Origin: an uncultured Ruminococcus sp.
GTDB lineage: Bacteria; Bacillota; Clostridia; Oscillospirales; Ruminococcaceae
NCBI GenBank assembly: GCA_964523835.1
Contig: CAZGAZ010000008.1
Coordinates: 2,792 to 66,791, forward strand
Direction of reading: 5' to 3'
DNA length: 64,000 bases
Part shown: positions 10,631-18,931 of the stretch, piece by piece
Position numbering within the stretch: position 1 is the first letter of the stretch
How the letters are laid out: every line of letters starts with the position of its first letter
The notes under the pieces: generated by a model
What the model was told of the DNA's origin: nothing
Database searches by the model: none
Seen by the model: only the letters and a program-made list of their open reading frames with translations
Program-made: the position numbers and the translations under genes

Positions 10631-11449
10631 ATGAAAGAAAACGTTAAACCGATACTGTCGGTGGCAGGGTCGGATTCTGTCGGCGGGGCGGGGATTCAGG
10701 CGGATATAAAGACGGTTTCCGCTTTGGGGCATTATGCCATGACGATCGTTACTGCCGTGACGGCGCAGAATACGCTGGGAGTTCGGCTTTGGGAGGCGGT
10801 TTCCCCCGGGATGATGAAGGCGCAGTTGGAGGCGGTTTTTGAGGATATCCCTCCGGCGAGCGTTAAGATAGGAATGGTGGGGAATGGGCAGAATGCGTCG
10901 ATAATTGCCGATGAGCTTGTTTTGTATAATGCAAAAAATATTGTCTGCGACCCGGTGCTCTCGGCGACAAGCGGGGACGGGCTGACGGGAGATGAGGGCA
11001 TAAAGGTTTTGACCGAGCGGATATTTCCCATTGCGGATATAATTACACCGAATATTCCCGAGGCGGAGCGGATTTGCAATATGCAAATCGGGAGCGTGTC
11101 CGATATGGAAAGGGCGGCGGAGAGGCTGTCGGCTGTTACCTCGGGGGCGGTGCTTATAAAAGGGGGACATTTGTGCGGCGAGGGGGCAATGGCTGTAGAA
11201 ACAGCGGCTTCGGAGGCTGTTGATATCCTGCTTTATGAGGGGGAATTTTACAGGTTTACATCTCTGCGTATCAATAATCCCAACACTCACGGCACGGGCT
11301 GCACGCTTTCTTCTGCCATTGCCTGCGGGCTGGCGGAGGGGAAAGATATTCCCGAGGCGGTGCGGTATGCAAAGGATTATGTTACGAGGATCATTGGCAA
11401 TAACTTTGACATAGGGCATGGGAGAGGCTCAATGTGGCATTTTGACTAA
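10631..11449 (+). CDS. thiD: Hydroxymethylpyrimidine/phosphomethylpyrimidine kinase
   Basis: AGSDSVGGAGIQADIKT, TAQNT, ITPNIPEAE, HGTGCTLSSA. Confidence 0.96.
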   Translation: MKENVKPILSVAGSDSVGGAGIQADIKTVSALGHYAMTIVTAVTAQNTLGVRLWEAVSPGMMKAQLEAVFEDIPPASVKIGMVGNGQNASIIADELVLYNAKNIVCDPVLSATSGDGLTGDEGIKVLTERIFPIADIITPNIPEAERICNMQIGSVSDMERAAERLSAVTSGAVLIKGGHLCGEGAMAVETAASEAVDILLYEGEFYRFTSLRINNPNTHGTGCTLSSAIACGLAEGKDIPEAVRYAKDYVTRIIGNNFDIGHGRGSMWHFD

Positions 11450-11597
11450 AATATGAAATGCCCGATTGTGTATTCCCACAAACTTTACACGCAAACGAAA
11501 CATTTTAAGGGTTTGATTTGTTTATTATTCAGTGAGATCATGTGTCCGTAATGCAAAAACATGACGACCCTAATAATAAAATTCGGGAGTGTATAAA

Positions 11598-12662
11598 ATG
11601 AAAAAACACATCATGACTGCCGCTTACTCCGCAGCGCACTTTTTTGTGGACCTGGCTTGTGCATTTTTAATATTCCGCTCGGTTTATGACGGGCGGGGAG
11701 AGCTTTTGCTCTACTATAATTTCTGCGCCTTTGCCCTGCAAATGCCCATAGGAGTGCTGCTGGACAGGTTCGGCAAGGGGCATCTGGCGGCGGCGCTCGG
11801 CTGTCTGCTTATAGGGACGGCGTTTCCGCTGTCAATGTTACAGGGGTCAAATTTAGCAGCTGCGGTGGTTTTGGGTGTGGGAAATTCTCTGTTCCATTTA
11901 GGGGGCGGGGTGTATGTGCTGGACGAGTATGAGAAGTCGGGGGCGCTGGGGGTGTTCGTTTCCCCGGGGGCGATAGGTCTTTATCTGGGGACGGTATGGG
12001 GCAAAGGGACGGAGTTTTCGACTACGGCGGTCATGGCGGTTATGATTGTATGGGCGGCGGTTTTCCTGCTGCTGCCGAGGGTACTGCGGTTTGAAAATCC
12101 TTTTGGGGCTGCGGCGGAAGTGCATGAAAATGTGTCCGATAAAATGACGTCGGCGACGATGTCGCCAATGCTTATCTTGGCGTCGGGAATGTTTACGGCG
12201 GTGGTCGTTATCCGCAGCTTCGGGGGATTTGCGGTAAGTCTGCCTTGGAAAACGGCGGGGGCGGCGGCTTTGGCGGCGGTGTTTGCCACGGCTTCGGGCA
12301 AGGCTGCGGGGGGATATTTATCGGACATTTTCGGGAAAAAGCCTGCCTCGGCGGTCTCCATGGGGGCGGCGGCGCTGCTGTACATATTTTCGGGGAATAT
12401 GCTGCCCGGGCTGCTTGCGGTGTTCCTTTTCAATATGACCATGCCCATAACTCTGAGGGCGGCGGCGGATATTATGAAAGGAAACAGGGGTTTTTCCTTC
12501 GGACTGCTTACATTCGGGCTGTTTCTCGGGTATATTCCCATGTATCTGAACGGGGGACTGAGGATAAGCGGCGGGGTTATGGCGGCGCTTTGCGTTTTGT
12601 CGGGGGCACTGCTGTTCGGGGGCTGGAAATTAATGGATAATGAAGTAAAAAAAGGTGAATGA
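11598..12662 (+). CDS. MFS-like multi-pass membrane protein
   Basis: About 11-12 hydrophobic segments; G-x-L-x-D-R/I-F-G motif in both halves (GVLLDRFG, GYLSDIFG); start at ATG after GGGAG. Confidence 0.75.
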   Translation: MKKHIMTAAYSAAHFFVDLACAFLIFRSVYDGRGELLLYYNFCAFALQMPIGVLLDRFGKGHLAAALGCLLIGTAFPLSMLQGSNLAAAVVLGVGNSLFHLGGGVYVLDEYEKSGALGVFVSPGAIGLYLGTVWGKGTEFSTTAVMAVMIVWAAVFLLLPRVLRFENPFGAAAEVHENVSDKMTSATMSPMLILASGMFTAVVVIRSFGGFAVSLPWKTAGAAALAAVFATASGKAAGGYLSDIFGKKPASAVSMGAAALLYIFSGNMLPGLLAVFLFNMTMPITLRAAADIMKGNRGFSFGLLTFGLFLGYIPMYLNGGLRISGGVMAALCVLSGALLFGGWKLMDNEVKKGE

Positions 12663-12711
12663 CGGCAAGTGTTTTATATTCACGCTGAAAAGATTTTTAA
12701 GGGGGACTGAA

Positions 12712-13050
12712 ATGACTGTAAGAATAATCGCTGCTATGGGAATTTCCTTGGGGCTGACAATTTTGCTGGAGCTGTTGTTTGCTTTTTTTGCGGGCGTCCG
12801 TGGGAACGGGCTGAAGGTGAACGTTCTTTGCAATATCCTTACAAATCCGCTTGTTACAAGCATTTACTATTTCTGCAAATACGGGCTTATGCTGCAGGTT
12901 GGGGTTATGACAATAATTACCGCAGCGCTGGAAATTGCCGCTGTGATAACCGAATGGCGGGTGTATAAGGTCTGTACGGATATTAAAAAACCGCTGCTCT
13001 TTTCCATAGGCGCTAACTGTTTTTCATATTTTATAGGCTTGCTTCTTTAG
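12712..13050 (+). CDS. Small 4-TM membrane protein with intramembrane polar residues (LTxxxE, NxLTNP, ExxxxxxE, ANxxS)
   Basis: ORF track 12655..13050; better RBS (AGGGGGA) before ATG 12712; four hydrophobic helices. Confidence 0.8.
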   Translation: MTVRIIAAMGISLGLTILLELLFAFFAGVRGNGLKVNVLCNILTNPLVTSIYYFCKYGLMLQVGVMTIITAALEIAAVITEWRVYKVCTDIKKPLLFSIGANCFSYFIGLLL

Positions 13051-13101
13051 AAGCAACTTCTTCTGGAAGCAACTGTTGTAAGCAGTGAAAGGAGAGATCA
13101 T

Positions 13102-13260
13102 ATGGAACATATCGGAAAGCTTTATGATTTGGTCTATGAACCGCCCGTTATAAACGTCAATTCCACAGAGCTGCCCGGGTGGGCTATGCCTGCGCTTATA
13201 GCTTGCGGTGTTGTTATCGCAGCGGCGGTGATTGTGAAGATTATAAAGGGAAAAAAGTGA
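13102..13260 (+). CDS. 52-aa single-TM microprotein (MEHIGKLYDLVYEPP...LPGWAMPALIACGVVIAAAVIVKIIKGKK)
   Basis: Translated by hand; GGAGAG RBS, ATG, TGA; TM segment followed by Lys tail; absent from the ORF track (<60 aa). Confidence 0.75.
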   Translation: MEHIGKLYDLVYEPPVINVNSTELPGWAMPALIACGVVIAAAVIVKIIKGKK

Positions 13261-13273
13261 AAGGGGAAGTTAA

Positions 13274-13429
13274 ATGAATGACCTTATGTATGTGATATTT
13301 GCAGACGGGGTCGCTGACCCGTTTTCATATGCCGTTTACGAGTTCGAGGAGTTTCTGCCCGTTATACTGCTTATTGCGGCTGTGATAGTTGTTACGGTCA
13401 TAATAATAAAAAAGAGTAAAAAGAAATAG
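13274..13429 (+). CDS. 51-aa single-TM microprotein (MNDLMYVIFADGVADPF...FLPVILLIAAVIVVTVIIIKKSKKK)
   Basis: Translated by hand; AAGGGG RBS 7 nt upstream; paralog of the next ORF. Confidence 0.8.
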   Translation: MNDLMYVIFADGVADPFSYAVYEFEEFLPVILLIAAVIVVTVIIIKKSKKK

Positions 13430-13448
13430 GGTGAGGGGGGAAAATCAA

Positions 13449-13595
13449 GTGAACTGTGTGATATTTGCGGACGTGGTTTTTGACCCGTTTAAAATTGCGG
13501 TTTACGAGATAAGGCATAAGCTGCCTTTGATACTGCTTATTGCGACTGTGATAATCGTCACGGTCATAACAATAAAAAAGAATAAAAAGAAATGA
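13449..13595 (+). CDS. 48-aa single-TM microprotein (MNCVIFADVVFDPF...KLPLILLIATVIIVTVITIKKNKKK)
   Basis: Translated by hand; GTG start after GAGGGGGG; nucleotide paralog of 13274..13429 with the frame preserved. Confidence 0.75.
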   Translation: MNCVIFADVVFDPFKIAVYEIRHKLPLILLIATVIIVTVITIKKNKKK

Positions 13596-13605
13596 GGAAT
13601 CTATC

Positions 13606-14484
13606 ATGAAAAGAAAAAGAATTTTAACAGTAATTTCGGCGATACTGGCTTGCTGCACGGTGGCAGCGGCAGGAACAACGGTGTGGGCGGACGACGATGA
13701 TGTACTGACGCCCCCTCAGGACAGCTTTTACGAGCTTTACGAAAGCCAGTGCGAGCTTCACGATTACAGAAGCTTCAGGGCTGCGGTTGATTTCGATGTA
13801 TTTGCAAGTCCCATTGACCAGAGAAGCGTAAGGCGTGTAGGCGTGGGAGAGGTCATTTCCACCAATGTTTCCTATACCGCCCCTGACGGCGTTATCTGGA
13901 GCTATGCTTATTCGGAAACAGGTATTGGCGGCTGGTTCAGAATGGAAAATGTCTCCCTTGTTTACGACAGTATTGCATTCACCGAGGAACATCAGAACGA
14001 GCTTACTCCCTATGCGGGGCAGCTGGACGGCTTTTCGCCTACGGCATATCTTTATCTGTGGACATATCCCGGTTCGGGAGAGGCGGAGAATATCTGCCGT
14101 GCGGGTGATGAATGGTTCACCAACGGAGATGTTCAGAATCTGGGCGAGCGTGCGGCTTATGTTTACAGGGACGCCGGCGGCAGCGAATGGGTTTATCTTG
14201 ATTTCCTGCCGAGCGGCTGGGTATATGTTCCGAATCCCGAGGCAGATCTGCGCAGCGGCGTTCCTGCGGTCAATGTGAATAATAATACAAACAATGACGA
14301 GGAACTGGGGGACACTTTATTTGAAGATGTTGAGGCGGGTGCTGCAATTGTCGGCGTATCGGCTGCCGATGTATCGGCAAGTTCATCGGCAAATGATTAT
14401 ACACTGCCGCTGGGGCTTTCTGCCGTTCTTGCGGCGGGGATTACGGCTGCAAAGAAAATCAAAAAAGAGAGGACGAATGAATGA
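13606..14484 (+). CDS. Secreted, C-terminally membrane-anchored protein, paralog 1 (YD.I.F.EEH / WTYPGSGE family)
   Basis: Sec signal peptide ending VWA; C-terminal LP-hydrophobic-KKIKK tail; shares blocks with the next two ORFs. Confidence 0.85.
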   Translation: MKRKRILTVISAILACCTVAAAGTTVWADDDDVLTPPQDSFYELYESQCELHDYRSFRAAVDFDVFASPIDQRSVRRVGVGEVISTNVSYTAPDGVIWSYAYSETGIGGWFRMENVSLVYDSIAFTEEHQNELTPYAGQLDGFSPTAYLYLWTYPGSGEAENICRAGDEWFTNGDVQNLGERAAYVYRDAGGSEWVYLDFLPSGWVYVPNPEADLRSGVPAVNVNNNTNNDEELGDTLFEDVEAGAAIVGVSAADVSASSSANDYTLPLGLSAVLAAGITAAKKIKKERTNE

Positions 14485-15356
14485 AAATGAAAAGGACAGC
14501 ATTGTTAAAGCTTATGACGGGAATATTGGTTTCCTGTACAGTCATGCTTTGCGGGACAAGTGTGTTTGCAGACATCATTGCGGCTCCTCCGCACAACACG
14601 AGATTTTACGAGCTTTATCATGATGAATGCGAGCATGAAAATCGTGAAAGAGGTTACAGTGCTCTGACGGATTTTAACACATATATGAGCCCCCTCAGCG
14701 ATCAGGTCGTTCGGCATATTAATAAAGGGGACGTTCTGCATTCCAATACCTTTTACACCGACAGCGAGGGAGTGCGCTGGGCTTATGATTACAACTGGGA
14801 CTGGGATGACGTTACAAAAGCCGGCTGGTACAAAACGGAAAATGCCATACTTATTTATGACAGTATTTCCTTTGAGGAGGAGCATAGGGACGAGTTTGTG
14901 TATAACAAAGGTCAGCTGAATGATTATACTCCCGAAAAACAAGTGGTTTTCTGGACATATCCCGGTTCGGGAGAAATTGATTTTATCGTTTCCAAGGAAG
15001 AATGGATACCCAAAAAAGGTTATGTCGACATAACGGATAAAACCTATGCCGATGAGAATGGAGATGAATGGCTGTATATCGCACGGGGTTTCCGCAGCTG
15101 GGTAAATCTCTCCGACATTGAGGGAGAGAATGCAGCCGAAATGCAGGGCGAAAGGATATACGTTACCACCGAGGCTATTGAAGAGGCTTACGAACCGGCT
15201 TTAGCCGTCTCGAATATTCCCATTTCCGACAGAGATGAAAAGTCGGATTTCCTGCTGCCGATCATTCTCGCCCTGTGCGCTGCCGCAGCTGCGGGAGGCT
15301 TCCTTCTCGGTATCATGGCTGAAAAGAAAAATAAGAAAGCGAGGACGAATGAATGA
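14481..15356 (+). CDS. Secreted, C-terminally membrane-anchored protein, paralog 2
   Basis: Signal peptide ending VFA-DIIAAPP; DSEGVRWAYDY, YDSISFEEEH, WTYPGSGE; DFLLP-TM-KKNKK tail; ATGA overlap with upstream gene. Confidence 0.87.
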   Translation: MKMKRTALLKLMTGILVSCTVMLCGTSVFADIIAAPPHNTRFYELYHDECEHENRERGYSALTDFNTYMSPLSDQVVRHINKGDVLHSNTFYTDSEGVRWAYDYNWDWDDVTKAGWYKTENAILIYDSISFEEEHRDEFVYNKGQLNDYTPEKQVVFWTYPGSGEIDFIVSKEEWIPKKGYVDITDKTYADENGDEWLYIARGFRSWVNLSDIEGENAAEMQGERIYVTTEAIEEAYEPALAVSNIPISDRDEKSDFLLPIILALCAAAAAGGFLLGIMAEKKNKKARTNE

Positions 15357-16237
15357 AAATGAAAAGGACAGCATTGTTAAAACTTATCACGGGAATATTG
15401 GTTTCCTGTACGGTTCTGCTTGGCGGGACAAGAGTGTTTGCGGACGTTATCGTTGAGCCTTGGGGAGAAAGCGCTGATTTTTACGTGCAGCACATCAGTG
15501 AATGCGAGCTTGAATATTTTGGGAGAAATTACAGTGCGCTGAAGGATTTTGACATATTGACCAGTCCGCTCGGCGAGACCGTGCGGCACGTACAAAAGGG
15601 CGATGTTCTGTATTCCAATGTCATTTACACCGACAGCGAGGGGGTGCGCTGGGCTTATGACTACAACGGTGAAGATACGGAAAAAGCCGGTTGGTTCAAA
15701 ATGAAAGATGTTGAGCTTGTTTACGACCGTATTTCTTTTGAGGAGGAACATAAGAGCGAGTTTGACGAATATAAAGGTCAGCTGAATGATTATGTGCCCC
15801 AAAATTATGTTATTCTTTGGACATATCCGGGTTCGGGAGAGATAAAAGAGGTATGTCCCCGGGAAACATGGTTTATCGATGGTTATGTGTTTACATTAGA
15901 TGAAACGGCAATGTACACTTATTTTGATGAAAGCGGAATTGAATGGGTGTATCTGGGCTATGGCTTCTATGGCTGGGTCGATCTCTCCGACATTGAGGGC
16001 GAGGCGTACACCGAAGAAGCCGCCGAAACGACTATGTCCGAGGACAGCAGGGTATACGTTACCACCGAGGACATTCAGGAGGCTTCCGAAATGGTCTTAG
16101 CTATCTCGGATATCCCCGAGCCGCCCGCTCCCGACGGGAAAGACAAGCCGGATTTCCTGCTGCCGATAGTTCTCGCCCTGTGCGCTGCCGCTGCTGCGGG
16201 AGGATTCCTTGTGGGAACTAAACGGAAAAAGCCGTAA
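15353..16237 (+). CDS. Secreted, C-terminally membrane-anchored protein, paralog 3
   Basis: Signal peptide ending VFA-DVIVEP; same conserved blocks; DFLLP-TM-KRKKP tail; ATGA overlap. Confidence 0.87.
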   Translation: MKMKRTALLKLITGILVSCTVLLGGTRVFADVIVEPWGESADFYVQHISECELEYFGRNYSALKDFDILTSPLGETVRHVQKGDVLYSNVIYTDSEGVRWAYDYNGEDTEKAGWFKMKDVELVYDRISFEEEHKSEFDEYKGQLNDYVPQNYVILWTYPGSGEIKEVCPRETWFIDGYVFTLDETAMYTYFDESGIEWVYLGYGFYGWVDLSDIEGEAYTEEAAETTMSEDSRVYVTTEDIQEASEMVLAISDIPEPPAPDGKDKPDFLLPIVLALCAAAAAGGFLVGTKRKKP

Positions 16238-16241
16238 AAAT

Positions 16242-16273
16242 ATTCCCCGCCCGAAAAAGGACGGGGAATTTTT
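16242..16273. terminator. Probable bidirectional intrinsic terminator
   Basis: ATTCCCCG...CGGGGAAT hairpin with A/T runs on both sides, between convergent genes. Confidence 0.7.
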
Positions 16274-16328
16274 AAAATCAAGCTCCGAATAATAAAAGGT
16301 GTGTATTCCTGCCTCTTGCTTCCTGCCT

Positions 16329-18110
16329 CTATTCCACATTGATCTTTGGCGGCTGCTTTATAATGTGCTCACGGGGGAGCTTTATGCGTATGGTAGTCCC
16401 CGTGCCCTCTTTGCTCTGCACGCTCATACCGTATTCGTCGCCGTAATAAAGCCGTATTCTTTTGTGGACATTGGTAAGGCCTATGCTCTTTCCCGAGGAG
16501 GTGTCGCTTATTTCAAGCTTTCTTTCCAGCTCACGGAGCTTTTCCGGAGTCATACCGCTTCCGTTGTCCCGCACGTCCACAAACACAAATTCGCCGCTGT
16601 AATATGCCTTTATGTCTATCCTGCCGTTTGCCTTGCTGCTTTCGATACCGTGAACAAAGGCGTTCTCCACTATGGGCTGTATCAGCAGGGGGAGTATGAG
16701 CCAGTCCTTGTTTATTTCCGAGTAAATGTTATAGGAGACCCTGTCGCCGAACCTTGCCGCCTGAAGCTCCAGATAGCTGCTTGTAAATTCCAGTTCCGAA
16801 CGGAGCGTTACCTCCGTGTCCTTGAATTCCAGACACCGCCGCATAAATTTACCAAGTTTTTTAACCAGTCCCGCAGTTTCCCTGTCATTGTTGCAGTAGG
16901 CTTTCATTCGTATTGTCTCAAGGGTGTTGTACAGAAAATGGGGATTTATCTGACTGGCAAGGGCTTTGAATTCCGCCTCCATCTGGTTGAATTTGAATGC
17001 CTCTCTCTCCAGCCTTGCACGGTAGCTTTCCTTGATAAGCCGCTGCATATCCCCGATCATCTGCCTCATATCCGAATACAGATCGGAAATTTCATCATTG
17101 CCGTTATCGGTGATATCCACATCGAAATTTCCCTTTGCCACCAGGTGCATTTTATTGCTCAGCAGCCGTATTCTTCTGGAAAACATACTTGTGAAAAGAA
17201 TGATTATCAGCATGGACAGAATTATCATCAGCGCACAGTATCCCCCGTAAACCACCGTCAGTCGGTTAAGGTCGGAATTAACGTAGGAATCGGGCAGCAG
17301 CAGAACTATCTGAAAGCTGTTTCCCGAATAGAAATTGTTCAGAACACTGTAGCCCTTTGTACCGAAAAAGCCCAGATCGTAGGTTTTCTGAATGCTGGAG
17401 GTCATAAAATCGCTGATCGGATTTATGATGTCGCCGGGAACAACGCCTTCGCAGCTGCTGTAATAAACAGTGCCCTTATCCACCGAAAGCACAGTGCGTA
17501 CAGGCTCGTTAGGAGTTATTCTGCTTATCCACACGTCCGAGATAAGAGCGCAGGCGACCCCTGTCACCCTTGAATTATAAGTCACCGCTTTACAGCAGGC
17601 AAGGTAATAATTCCCGTCCCCGGGGTATTCTATCACATCCCAGAATGTTGCGGACGGAGACCCTGCCGCCGCCTTGTACCAGCGGGTGTTTTTTATGTCG
17701 CTGTCCGCATACAGAAAGCCCGAGCCGAAAATAAAATCCTTTTGGGGCACGAATACCAGCATATTTTTTATCTGCGGTGAGGGGGAGGCATAGGATGAAA
17801 GGGAAAAATCGCTGTAAAAGCTGTAATATTCCTCCCTGTCCTCATGGGAGACCGCAAGGAAATCCTTTACTGTCTTATCCCCCGCAAGCTCATTCAGCGA
17901 CATTTCCGTCGATCCTATAAAGTCGGTGATACGGTATTTTACACTGTCCGCATCATTCATGGCCGAATCCAGCGCTGCGTCCTTGACAGTGGCACGCATA
18001 TTTACCAGAAGAAAAATGCTTGCTGCAAACATAGGCAGTATTACCACCAGGAACATTGCAATCATCTGATTGCGTATAGAGGATTTGCGTATATTGGTAA
18101 TTATTTTCAT
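16329..18110 (-). CDS. Sensor histidine kinase, HAMP + His_kinase (YesM-like)
   Basis: Two TM segments, HAMP, ALASQINPHFLYNTLE, LQPIVENAFVHG, DNGSGM, IGLTNVHKRI; start placed at MKIITN. Confidence 0.93.
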   Translation of the reverse strand: MKIITNIRKSSIRNQMIAMFLVVILPMFAASIFLLVNMRATVKDAALDSAMNDADSVKYRITDFIGSTEMSLNELAGDKTVKDFLAVSHEDREEYYSFYSDFSLSSYASPSPQIKNMLVFVPQKDFIFGSGFLYADSDIKNTRWYKAAAGSPSATFWDVIEYPGDGNYYLACCKAVTYNSRVTGVACALISDVWISRITPNEPVRTVLSVDKGTVYYSSCEGVVPGDIINPISDFMTSSIQKTYDLGFFGTKGYSVLNNFYSGNSFQIVLLLPDSYVNSDLNRLTVVYGGYCALMIILSMLIIILFTSMFSRRIRLLSNKMHLVAKGNFDVDITDNGNDEISDLYSDMRQMIGDMQRLIKESYRARLEREAFKFNQMEAEFKALASQINPHFLYNTLETIRMKAYCNNDRETAGLVKKLGKFMRRCLEFKDTEVTLRSELEFTSSYLELQAARFGDRVSYNIYSEINKDWLILPLLIQPIVENAFVHGIESSKANGRIDIKAYYSGEFVFVDVRDNGSGMTPEKLRELERKLEISDTSSGKSIGLTNVHKRIRLYYGDEYGMSVQSKEGTGTTIRIKLPREHIIKQPPKINVE

Positions 18111-18373
18111 TTTTGGGGGCAAACCCCTTTCAAAAGGCAGGAAATCCGGGTGCAAAAAGCGGAAATTTGCTGCCCTGTCTGTTTTTTTACATTATATCAT
18201 ATTTCTTATGTTTTTTCAAGTGTTTTTATCTGTCGGGGAAGATTTTTCGGATTGTTTGCGCTGTTCACAGTTCATTGCAAAAAATTTTACATTAAGTTAT
18301 TGCCTTTTTTTATTGATTTGACGTTAATTTAATTAGAGCAGAGCAGAAAATAAATTTAAGGGAGGAATGAATT

Positions 18374-18931
18374 ATGGAGGACAGCGGGATAATTGAGCTT
18401 TTTTTCGCACGTTCGGAACAGGCGATCACAGCGCTTGCGGATAAATACGGGAAATTCTGCTTTAAGATCGCTATGAACATACTGTCGGACAAGGAGGATT
18501 CGGAAGAATGCGTGAACGATACCTATTTCAGGGTATGGAACGCAGTTCCCCCTGACAAGCCCGCCGCCCTGGGGGGATATGTGGGCAGGATAACCCGCAA
18601 TCTTGCCGTAAGCCTTTACCGCACAAAGCACAGGCAAAAAAGGGGAGGGGGCACAGCGGAGCTTGTCCTTGGAGAACTGGAAGAGGTCATCGGAGGCTCT
18701 GGCAGAACGGACAATGAGGCGGAAGAAAGGGAGCTTACCGCCGCAGTCAATGCCTTTCTGGAGACCCGGGAGAAAAATGCACGTATAATATTTTTAATGC
18801 GGTATTTTGCCCTTTATCCCATTGACGAGATCGCTCGGAAAACGGGACAAACTGCGGGTAAAATAAAGTACAGCCTGAAAAAGACCCGCAGGGACTTAAA
18901 AAATTTTCTTGAAAGGGAGGAGCTTATATGA
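18374..18931 (+). CDS. ECF RNA polymerase sigma factor
   Basis: DSEECVNDTYFRVW region 2, RITRNLA, region 4 HTH (EIARKTG...IKYSL); GGAGG RBS. Confidence 0.9.
   Translation: MEDSGIIELFFARSEQAITALADKYGKFCFKIAMNILSDKEDSEECVNDTYFRVWNAVPPDKPAALGGYVGRITRNLAVSLYRTKHRQKRGGGTAELVLGELEEVIGGSGRTDNEAEERELTAAVNAFLETREKNARIIFLMRYFALYPIDEIARKTGQTAGKIKYSLKKTRRDLKNFLEREELI

Noticed and set aside
13102-16237. Classical LPXTG sortase substrates or lipoproteins
   Set aside because: There is no LPXTG/NPQTN-type motif before the TM segments, no sortase gene, and no lipobox at the predicted cleavage sites (A-D).
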